From Eledone cirrhosa (Eukaryota): a stretch of DNA of 64,000 nt. Under the pieces are notes generated by a model. The model searched no databases. It was not told where the DNA came from and saw only the letters and a list, made by a program, of their open reading frames with translations. The stretch is from assembly GCA_964016885.1 (NCBI GenBank), contig OZ024741.1, forward strand, positions 310,806,001-310,870,000. Direction: 5' to 3'. Positions 53,066 through 64,000 of the stretch are shown here, one piece after another. The position numbers and the translations under genes are program-made. Within the stretch, counting starts at the first letter, position 1; each line of letters starts with the position of its first letter.

Positions 53066-54372
53066 ACACTGGAAAACCTTGCTTGTTGAGTGCTTCCAAT
53101 CTATTGTAAAACTCATTCTTTGATGTATTCATTGAACCTTGTTTAACTTTTAAATAAATAAATATATATATATATAAATATATATTAGTAAAAGGAAAAG
53201 AAAATGCTGACAAATCACATGCAGCGTGAAAATGGAAATGAATTATATATTGGAGCATCTATGTACAACAATAATAACTAAGTGAGAAAATGCTTAATTT
53301 AACGATACTGATAATTATAGTTGGTAGATGGTGGGGGTGGTGGATTAGTTGTTTTTCCAGGAGGCGGAGGAGGGGGTTGCTGAGAACTACCACTTGGTTG
53401 GTTCTGCATCCACTGACTGTACATAAAAGCCATATTTTGTAAGTTTTGCAAACTCTGTGCACCAGTTCCACTAGCTGCAGTAGCATTTTGTTGAGTAGTA
53501 CTTGCCGATTGTGTTGGAGGAGGTGCTGGAGCAGCTCCATAACCATTCATCTGGTAAGAGTTCTGTGGCTTTTGAGACCCATACTGTTCAGGTGCTTGTA
53601 CAGCTTGTGAATTATTCTGAGTGTTATAGTTTGAGTTATTTTGAGTAGGATAACTGGCATTTTGAGATGGATAATTAGATTTAGGAACCACATTGCTACC
53701 AGTATTATAATTAGGTTTTGAATGTATTCCATAACCACCGGTCTTGATCCCTACACTAGCGCCATAACTGACTACACTATTTAGGTTAAAATTACCAGAG
53801 TTAGCTGAAAATCGATTTCTTTCAGAACTACCACCTGGCTTAGACCCAAATGATCCTCTAGACTGAGTACCAGCCCCATAATTTCCTGAACCCGAAGACC
53901 CATAGCCCCCACGAGAACCACCTCCACGATAACGGCCACTACCATAGCTGCTCCCACGAGAACCACCTCCACAATCACCACGGCTGCCACTAGATCCAAA
54001 GCGGCCACCACTTCCATCATCTCTATCCCTGCCACCTCTGTAGCGACTGCGTCCTTTTCAAAATATTCCTCTTGCACTCTCTGCCAATTGCATTAATTTA
54101 GGATTGATGACTTGGTTAGCTTCTTTAAGCACAGACATAAGGTCTTGTGCTTGTTTCATATTAGCAGGAGTGAAGAAAGTGTACGCAGTGCCAGTAATGT
54201 TGCTGCGAGTAATTCGCCCAATACGGTGAACATAGTCTTCTGACGTGGCCGGGTAGTCAACGTTTATCACAAATTTAATATCATCCACACCTAAGCCTCT
54301 AGATGCAACATCAGTAGCAATCATAATTGGTATGCGTCCTGTTCTGAATTCACTTAGCACCCAGTCCATCTC
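53066..54372 (-). pseudogene. DDX5/DDX17: Processed DDX5/DDX17 3' fragment (longer copy)
   Basis: [45 protein letters not shown] is contiguous; premature stops, e.g. at 54058. Confidence 0.9.
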
Positions 54373-54542
54373 TATATATATTTATTAAAATAACAGATTA
54401 AAGTTTAAGCAAACAATCGCTGCTTTCACCCCAAACGGGATATTTGATATATATTTATCTTTATCGAGCCCTCTTTGTATTTTAGTCTTCAAATTTATTA
54501 TTACTATATATATATGTATATATATATATATATATATATACT

Positions 54543-54580
<38 letters not shown>

Positions 54581-54770
54581 CTTACATACATACATACCTA
54601 CTGACCAATACGTCTATTAACTCCAAGTCAACTATTATTTTGGACCTCTAGTATTAGGTTGGAGGACCAGGTATGACAATATTAATGAAAATGAGAAAAT
54701 TATTTGAGGACATACACGTAATTAAAGTATTCAATAAGTGAATAAGATAACAAATGAGTTTTTATCTTAC

Positions 54771-54835
54771 CAGCTGCTAAAGTTTGACTGCCATGTTAAT
54801 AATATAATCAATCCAGCAATAGAAAGGCAGGACAT
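54771..54835 (-). pseudogene. Signal-peptide exon copy 3, with a +1 nt insertion
   Basis: MSCLSIAGLIILLTWQS then TCAAACT (vs TCAACT/TCCACT); 65 nt to the GTAAG donor, so phase 2. Confidence 0.4.
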
Positions 54836-55475
54836 TGCAGGCCGAGTTAAATTATAAATCGAACATGAGGAAAATTCAGCTGTTTTATATTTTGTCACTA
54901 CGATGCTAACGGAATTATCGTTAGCGTTAAGTGTCACGAGACGGCGTGTGCACCCTTTGTGCTAAACTTCAGTAGATTACTCATGTTCTATTTCACTATA
55001 CAATATGTTTATGAGGTGATGACTGTTTTAGATTTAGTGTTATACATATATTTATTTATTTATTGATACAGAATGGGAAGAGAAATAATCTTGGCATTTT
55101 CAGTTCTGTCGTAGTGGACGAAACTGAGAGGAAGAAAGAGTAGAGATGTATTTTCCCGACATGACCCGAATAGATCCAAACCACTTAAATCTGGTAAAGG
55201 TGCACAAATAATAGATGGTGATGTTACACTATACATAATTGTTTCTACTTTTGTACAAGGCCCGCAATTAACCAGTACATTACTGGTACTTTATTTTATC
55301 GACCCTGTAAGGATGAAAGGCAAAGTTAACCTCGACGGGGTGTGAACTCAGACTGTTACACTATACATAATTGTTTCTACTTTAGGCACAACGCCAGCAA
55401 TTATCAGTGCATTACTGGTACTTTATTTTATACATAATGACAATCATTCTGTTTCAGGGAACGGTTATTATTATT

Positions 55476-58400
55476 GGGCGTACATGTGTGAAAACGTTAC
55501 AAGTCTGCGGGAGAAAAGGTTTGTAATTTTAAGCTGTTTTAATATTTTTTTCTGTATTTTGTTGTCGATAACGGTGCATAAGGTACCCACTCTGGTTCGA
55601 AGGGGAGGAGACCTCTCAATATTCGGGCTTTAAGCCCGAATGTTCGGATTTATGAAAAAAAAACTTAGAAAAAATCACCCCCTTAAAACAGCGACTAGAA
55701 CGCCCACTACTACTACTAATCCTACCATAAACATGTGCGATATGTCTGTTGTCAACCCTACTGAACAAGACAAGGGTGCGGTTAACAATACAGTATGGCC
55801 TCCAGCCGCATCACCACCATCTCAACAACAACCAAGAAAAACAACAATATCATCAACTTGAATATAAACATTAATAACGGTAACAGCAGCAACAACAACA
55901 GCAAGAAGGACAACACCAACAACAAGAGCAATAATGAAAGCAACAACAAGCTCAACGGCTCTACCACATTTGCAGCGGCCGCAGCCAAAACAAGGCGCTT
56001 TATTAACGTGGATATCCGCGATAAGGAACGACAGTTGGCCCAAGTGTGGGAACTGATTAAATGCGAGAAGTCCTGGGCTACCTAACCATCACGGACGAGG
56101 CAATAGCAGCTAAGCATTTCAGTGCATTTCAGTGCATTTCAGTGCAGACTCGCAAAGTGGAATTCGCCAGTCAGGCAGTTGTCGAGGCAGCTTTGGAATT
56201 CATCAAGAGTGACATTGAGTACAAAGCAAGGGCCAAGCAGTTCGTTACCATCTCGGTACTGTTCAAAACCGAGGCCCTTGCTATTAAGCCCTCCGTGACC
56301 CCCTGCAGAACAGAACGCATTATTATGCACCCGTCCTACATGGGAAAAGGACAGCAAAGATCCGCATTCCTAGGATCCCACCAGGAATGAACATATGGTG
56401 GCTCTTGGGATCCGTAATCGTGGAGGGCACAAACACTACCCTCCTAGATATTAAAAAGACGCAGAGAGAGGATTGGCCCTGAATGGATTTGGAGATTCTT
56501 CTCCAAATGAAACCAGAACACCTAAACAACATCCCGGATTTTTCCCGCCTGCAGGACGGGATAACGATTCAATTAATCACCGAGTGAAGTAGGCCACACT
56601 GATTCATCTGCGGGGAAGCAAAGCATCTACAAGCCTTCTGCCCTCAGAAAAAACGGAAATCTCCTTTACTGCCAACGCCGGTGTCGACACGGAAACTTCC
56701 ATCACCACCACCAACAACAACACCAACAATGACACAGCAAAACAGCCGGATCACCACCACCAGCAAAACCAACCCAAGAGGAAAGCGAGGAAAACTCTCT
56801 GACTCCCCTTACCCCTCAAAATATACACATGGACAAAACCAAAAACACACACACAGACACAGTTACACTCACAGCCACAAACCCTTTGTCTTCCAGTAGT
56901 GAAGATGAAGGAAAACCAAAAGGTGCCAACAAGTAGAAGAGAAAACTCACAAAAAGCCCCACAAAATACAAAAACATACAAAAAATACAGATACCACCAA
57001 TGCAAACAGTTCCCCAATAGCATCAACACAAACATCAACATCAACACCACACTCACAATCCCCTAAACGCAAACACAAGAACAAATAAACACACAGACAC
57101 CTGAAATTGCAGACACCACATCTACAACAAACACGGAGGTACCCGAAACAACACCAACAAAACCATCGTCACCACAGTCACCGAAACGAAAACAAATAAA
57201 ACCACAGCAACAAAATATTAAAAACTTCGTGCTTGTCAGAAGGGCCAACGAGAAATTGATGGCCCTCTTAACACGAAGCGAGGACATTCAAATAGAGAGG
57301 TAATCTTTGAATTGAGCACATTTTGCGTGCCAGAAGGTTTATTTCTGATGCTAATGTTGCTCGATTCCTACAAAGAAACTCGAGAGAGCTTTCCTCAGGA
57401 CGTAGGGAACCCAGAACGTTGAACCCACATCGAGACTTTTAAAAGGGTTCCCAAAAGAAACCCCACCAACCATGGAGGCCGAACCACCCGACCTTCACAA
57501 GACCCCAGGAGGTAAGTAAACCTTCCCTCTCTCTTTTAGCTTGCCAACATGGCCATATTAAGAATAGGATGATTAAATGTTTGAGTTCTGGGGTCACACT
57601 GGAAACAGGGTCGTCTGCTCAACGACCTCAAGTCTCTGGAAATGGATGTGATTGCCGTCAGCGAGACCAGCAATTCCGACACGCGCGCACTAGCCTTAAT
57701 TTTCGGCGACTATCAGATCTTCGCACCTGTTAGCAGGCCGGGAATAGGAGGTGAGGTGGCAGTGCTGTTTAGGAAAGGACTATATCTCGAGATAAGGTCT
57801 ATTTTTCGTGACTCGGACGGTAAGTTAGTGGTTCTGGATGTGTACAATAGCGAAGGTGGTGCCTTTAGACTACTGGCCGTCTACGTCCCTATAGGACGAC
57901 CATACTTCTGGGTACGTATGCGTGGGTGTAGTTGATAGCACCTAATCAGCCAGTTCCAACTGTCTGACAGGCACCGACTAGATTTCCCCAACGCGCCAGT
58001 GTGAACGTGGACCAACCGTATAGGGTCATCTAAATCGTATATAGACAGGATATTCATTAGAAAAATATATAGAAGTAGTGTAGGCTGCCCACTTTTTAAA
58101 ACAGTCGCCAATTCAGATCACAAATTTGTGATCTGTATGGACGACCTAGATAAAAGGCTTAGGTTAGGACCTGGTAACTGGAAGCGGAACATCTCATTTC
58201 CGACAAGTAAGGCTTATAGGGCACGTAAGGCTTACAGTCCGGCACGTGAGGCTTACAGTCAACAATTTAGTTAAGCAAAAGTTGAGAGGGGGGATCACCA
58301 ACAACAGAGGCTATTTGTAGTGGCATTGCAACGGGCATGTTAGCGGCGAGAATTGCATTAGACCATTTCTTCAATGTGAAACACGAATGTTACGTTGGCA

Positions 58401-60250
58401 GAGCTAAGGCGCGTGCTCTGAGAAACGTGGCAACCAAAGTTGTTCGATGGGCCCACGTGGCGGAGGCGCTGCATGGTAATAAAACCACAATTCGGTCTTT
58501 GACGGACCGAGAGGGACACGGGATAAGCGATTCCAAGCGGAAGTGTGAGGCCTTTCACCAGCACTTTGCTCGGTTGTTCGGGGAGAGTAGCGGGTCAGAG
58601 ACAGTAGCGGACTTTAGTCCCTACCTTGACCGCTTGCCGCGCATCTCGATGGTTGATGCTGAGTGCTGCGAAAGGCCGATTACTACAGCCGAAATTCAGG
58701 ACGCCCTTGACGGCTGCACGAGGCACAAGCCACCCGGTTTGTATGGCCTGCCCTATGAGCTTTACGTAAATATGCCAAACTTGTTCTCCGATCTCCTCTA
58801 AGCGCTCTATTGCTACTGGAAGCAGAATGGGAGCATTCCCAGTTCTGTGAGCAGGGTAGTGGTGACTCTGATAAGGAAAGACGAGAACAAGAGTGATACA
58901 TGCAGGCCCATAACTCTGCTCAACACAGAGTTTAAGATTTGGGCCAAGGTGCTAGCAAAGATGTTAGTGCTTGTCGTCGAAGATTTGGTTGGGAAGGCGT
59001 AAACTTGCACAATCCCAACCAGGTCCATCCATGACAACCTTCACCTCATGCGACACATCATAGAGAGGGTAGGGTGCAAACCTGACTTGGGTGGGGCATA
59101 GATCAATTTAGATCAATCGAAAGCATTCAATAGGGTCGGACATCGGTACCTGGAGGTTGTCCTCAAGGCAGGTGGCTTCGGCCCCGTTTTCAGAAGCTGA
59201 ATCACTGCAATGCACATCGGCATCTGCTCGGTGGTCAAGGTTAATGGCCACCTCTTGGAACCGTTTCAGGTCTCCAGATGAGACCGTCAATGGTGCCCTC
59301 TCTCTTCCCTTATGTACGTATTGATGACTCTCGAGCCTTTACTGCGGAAGCTGGAGCTGTTGCAGGGCATCCCTCTCGAACCGGGACCCGGATATGCTGT
59401 GTCGGCTTATTCGCACGACATCACCGTGATGGTGTCGGACACCTCGGAAATCGAGGTGGTCGGCATATTATTGAAGGAATGTGAAATGTTGACGGGAGCG
59501 AATCTTAGAGGGTGAGCTTGCAGCACGGCACCTGGAGAGGCAAGTCCATGCCGTCTAACAGTGTCGTGGGGTGCTGGACGCACGGACTGGTAAAATTGAT
59601 CGGAGTTTGGTTCGGACCAGACATCCAGGTGGAAAAGAATTGGGACGAGGTAACGAGCAGGGTAGACAGTCTCACCCAGAAGTGTGCTGCGAGGATGCTA
59701 TCAATGAAAGGTCGCGCGGAGGTAGTGAATGCGTAATTCGCGTCCGTGATCTACCGCCTGAACGTCGTGCCTTGCTCCCGTCTGCGCGTTGCCAAGTTGG
59801 AACGGCTCCTCTTGTGGAGGCGACAAGTCCTGTTGGTGAGCCGGTCCATCTGCTGCCAGCACCCTCTACGTGGAGTGTTGGGCATGCGTTGACTAATGAT
59901 GCGCAGACATTCGCTAAGGCTGCCACATCTCCAGACATTATGCCTAAACTGTGAATAGGTGTGGTCGCTGTTTATTAGATGGGCCTTTCCGCAGCTCGTC
60001 TCTTTGACTGAGCTGCAGTCCTGGCTCAAGAACAGACCAAGACTGGGTGACTGGAATGTTTCCAGGCACTCATTGGAAGTTACGAAAGAGGTTGTATGGT
60101 TGACCAGATTGAAAGGACTGAGGACAGGCACTTTTATCTTCGGCCAATCCCGCATCAACTTCTTTAAGTTTCACCTGAAAAGGAAGGTGAGGGTGGAGAG
60201 AGAAGTCCTGCCCCCCCCCCCTCAGTACATTTGCTAAAAGGTGGAGGAAT
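55476..60250 (+). mobile_element. Decayed Tx1 family A (U3, retains the ORF1/ORF2 junction)
   Basis: ORF2 ATG at 57549; APE and RT fragments. Confidence 0.9.
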
Positions 60251-61438
60251 GAAAAAACATCACAGCTTCTCACTCCAAAAGCGAAAGCAAAGGGTAAAGG
60301 CTGTATGGAGAGGTGCAGCAACACCAGCTCCATCACCATCACCACCACAAGCATCACCACCAACATCAACCATAACACCACCAGCAACACCAAAAACGCT
60401 AACATCAAAAACATAGCAAAGCGTAACACACCCAACTGCAACTACAAGAAAACAGCACCCCCTCCCCGCAAAAAAAAGGTACACTGGCATAAACATTGCA
60501 CACAAAGGATTAATGGAACATATAAAACACCACACAGTTACTACACCCCACCAACACCAAGAACATTACCAACAAATATTACAATTGTCGAAATTAAAAT
60601 TGATAACTATAAACAATTAAAACAAAAACTTTCCCAACTGGGTTGGGGATTTCATGGAGTCACTGCTCAAAAGAATCTATACAGATATCGTCTTGGAGAC
60701 ACCCATGACCAGCCGAAGGGACGATTCTAATGTCCCTTCCCCACACGATCAAGGTAAGAGATCCTTTCTCACTTACCCCGTTCCTCACCCATATGGCCGT
60801 ACTCTGAATATGCAGTGTAAAGTGTAAATGTACGTGGCCTGGGGTCATCTTGGAAGCAGGTCACTTGCTCAACGATCTCAGGTCACTAAACATAGATGTG
60901 GTGGCCGTCAGTGAGACCAGAATCTCTGAAGCACGAGACTTCGCACCGATAGTCGGCGGCTACGATATATACGCATCTCCCAGCCGTCCAGGATCGGAGA
61001 TGCAGGATGTGTGTCAACCGAGCCTGTCCGAGATGACCGCAGGGTACACGCACTCGTTCTGTGCCCGAGGGTTGCTGAATTGTCGAGCTGTGTCAAACAG
61101 CTGCTGTCGCGTGTAGGACGGAGATTGTGTGATGGACAAGGTTGAAAGGGTTGAATACGGACACTTTCCTCTTCGGCGAATCCCTGATTAACTTTTTCAA
61201 GTTTCACTTGAAGATGAAAACCAGGGTGGTGAGGCAAGTGCCGTCTTCTAGCAAGTTTGTTGTAAGGTAGGTGAATGTAGCGAGAAAGGTCCGAGTGAAC
61301 GGGTCCGCTCTGAATATACGCTTGTAGTTTGAGGAATGGGAAAAAACTGAGAGAGGACGCTTGTCCTGGTGGTCAGGGTTGTCGTGGTCTTTTGTGTGGT
61401 ACTCGCCCCGAGTAACCCTTGTGGCCAATAAATAAATC
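60251..61438 (+). mobile_element. Tx1 family B (U3, heavily deleted)
   Basis: The APE start is joined to the C-terminal region at ~60997. Confidence 0.88.
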
Positions 61439-61453
61439 ATTATTATTATTATT

Positions 61454-64000
61454 GGCGACCGACGTAGGAAATCGTATTATCGTGAGCTCCACAAAGGTTT
61501 GTTGTTTTCAGTTGTTTCAAATTGCTAGTTATGGAAAATTGTTGTGTTTATAAGTGTTTATAAGTTCACATATATTGATATCTAAAAAAGACACTCAAGA
61601 TATTGGGGCCCTTGTGCTCAAAATTAAAACTTTTATTTATCAAACAAAATATTTCTTTTAAAAAAAACATCGACGACAAATCTCCTGCTTTTAACAGACA
61701 CCCCGATCCTACCATTGTAAAGCTTGCCACGGTTGCCAACACTGAAAATATAATTAATAGTAGCCTCAATTATTTAAATTTGCCGCATCCAGACATGGAT
61801 TTCCCGTCATTACCAATAACTGCAGGTGTTAAAGCAGCCACCCCACCTTCACAATGTCAAAAAGAACAACCAACACCACTGATAACAGCACTAACAAAAT
61901 AGAACCCCCCAAAAAAAAAATCCCCTTCCTTCGCCCTCCAAAAACAAAATGCAGGGGGAAACAAATAAGCAAGGCATCACAAGCCCCATCACCACAACAC
62001 CAACATCATGACCACCATCATTAACCCCACAACCACCATCACCAACACCATAAAAATCACCAAAAAAGCGAAACAGAAACAAACCCACAGCAAACGCAAA
62101 AAAAACAAAACAACCATAACGATACACACTACACAGCATTAAATTTGAACAATAAGCAATTATTACACTACATCCAACACAACACCAGCATAACAGAAAA
62201 AGACTACACAACACCCCAAAAGTTCACACCACCTCCACATATACAAACCACTCGCATCACAGAAAACGTACACGACACTAAAACAAAAGTTCCCCAAGGA
62301 CATGGGATTCTGCCGACAAACACTCTCCAGGAGGATATATAAGGACATCCTACCGGAGGAGGCCACAATCAGTGAGAAGGATGGAGAAACCATCCTTCCT
62401 CTACGAGATGTGAGGTAAGTGATCTTTCCTATCTTTTTCCACTCCTTTTCAACATGACCTCACTCAGAATAGGCAGGATAAATGCGCGTGGCCTGGAGTC
62501 GTCATGGAAGGATGGCCACCCGCTCAACGACCTCAGGTCACTAAACATAGATGTGGTGGCCATCAGCGGGACCAGAATCTCCGAAGCATGAGCCTTCGCA
62601 CCGATCTTCGGCGGCTACGATGTGTACGCATCTCCCAGCCGTCCTGGATCGGGGGGAAGAGTTGCTGTGCTTTTTCTGAGATGTTTGGATCTCACCATAC
62701 GGGCCATCTTCCTGAACTCAGTAGGTAAGTTGGTGGTGCTGGACGTGACCAGCGGAGACGGGCAAGCTTTCAGATTAGTGGCCGTCTATGCGCCGACAGG
62801 AGCAGGGTGGCCTGATTTCTTCCGGAGTCTGGAGACCTTTCTTGGAAGATCCCGCTCTTTAGTGTTAGTGGGCGATTGGAACGGGATCTTAAATGCACGC
62901 TGGGACTGTGTGGGATTAGCGGATAGGGGAGGAGGGTGTAAAAGCCTCGCAAACCTGCTCAGACGGTTTTCACTGTCTGACAGGTACCGTCTGGTTTTCT
63001 CGCATGTGCCAAAGTGGACATTGACAAACCGCATCGCGTCATCCAGATCATATCTAGATAGGGTATTTTGTAGGGAAATAGATAGGTCTAGCATAGGCTG
63101 TCCACATTTCAAAATAGCCGACTACACGGACCACAAATTCATGATCTGTGAGGTTGACTTAGATAGGCTTCATAGACAGGGACCCGGCTACTGGAAGCTA
63201 AATGCGTCATTAACAGCGCTCAAGGCCTACAGAGACCAGATTAGCGAACTAGTTAAGCGAGCTAGGGTGCGTGCTCTCAGACACGAGGGGACGAAAGCCG
63301 TTCAATGGGTCCGTATGGTGGAGGCGCGTCGTAGCAACAAAGCCACGTTCCGGTCTTTGGTGGACCACGACGGATGCATGCTACTCAATTCCGGAAAATG
63401 TGTGAAGCTTTTCAGCGACACTTCGCTCAGCTGTTCGAGGGCAGCGGTGGTGCGGATTGAGGTTTGGACTTTAGTGCCTACCTCGACGGACTGCCGCGGC
63501 TCTCGGCCACTGAGGCGGAGTGTTCCGAAAGGCCGATAACAGCCGCTGAAGTACGGAAGGCAATGACTGGTGCATAAGAGGTATATCGCCTTGTTTGGAT
63601 AGTCTGCTCTACGAAGTTTACGTACAGATGCCAGACTTGTACGTAGGCCTCTTGTCGGACGCCTACTGCAACTGGCAAGAGAACGGGAGAATTCCCAGCT
63701 CTGTGAGCCGAGGAGCGGTGGCGCTGCTGAGAAAGGATCCGAACAAGGGGATAACATAGATAATTTCAGGCCCATAACTCTGCTAAGCACAGAGTTCAAG
63801 ATTTTGGCCAAGGTGCTAGCAAGGAGGTTGGCGCTTGTCGTTGGTGGTCTGATGGGAGAGGCGCAGACGTGCGCCATTCCCGACAGATCCATCCACGACA
63901 ACCTCCACCTCATGCGATACATCGTAGAGAGGGTAGCTACGGAACGTGGCACGGATGGGTCCTTGATCAATTTAGATAAGTCGAAAGCATTCTATAGCGT
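61454..64000 (+). mobile_element. Tx1 family C (U3, continues past the window)
   Basis: APE ORF 62622-63539 and the start of RT. Confidence 0.9.

Larger units (their letters stand above)
28187..54600. repeat. Tandem segmental duplication unit U2
   Basis: Colinear with U1. Confidence 0.9.
54601..64000. repeat. Tandem segmental duplication unit U3 (runs off the window)
   Basis: Colinear with the start of U1 and U2. Confidence 0.9.

Noticed and set aside
4994-64000. RT ORFs as a retron, DGR or group II intron system; spaced repeats as CRISPR
   Set aside because: The motifs (APE + RT + zinc knuckle, RT + GIY-YIG) are eukaryotic retrotransposons. There is no regular repeat-spacer array or cas gene.

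Overview
AT-rich, microsatellite-dense animal genomic DNA. The SINE and the repeat content suggest an octopus/cephalopod, but that is inference. The window is a head-to-tail segmental duplication with a ~23-26 kb period: U1 ~4820-28186, U2 ~28187-54600, U3 54601 to beyond the window end. A complete unit has a probable minus-strand signal-peptide exon with a phase-1 donor, a stack of three decayed Tx1-clade LINE families, Dong/R4-like fragments and tRNA-type SINEs at (ATT)n, an intact 132-nt phase 1-1 EGF exon, RTE and Penelope debris, a hammerhead-capped 2 kb inverted-repeat element and a processed DDX5/17 pseudogene fragment; U3 is cut off after the Tx1 stack. By manual folding I found about 11 type I hammerhead or hammerhead-like motifs from five unrelated families linked to Penelope-like elements. 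Other highlights are a flipped interior of the inverted-repeat element between U1 and U2, a near-intact Penelope insertion unique to U2, a shared (A)TTAT target for the Tx1 and SINE insertions, and a conserved AG|GTAAG at the ORF1/ORF2 junction of all three Tx1 families. Most ORFs in the supplied track are microsatellite or antisense artefacts. All calls are by eye, with no database searches, and element boundaries are approximate.
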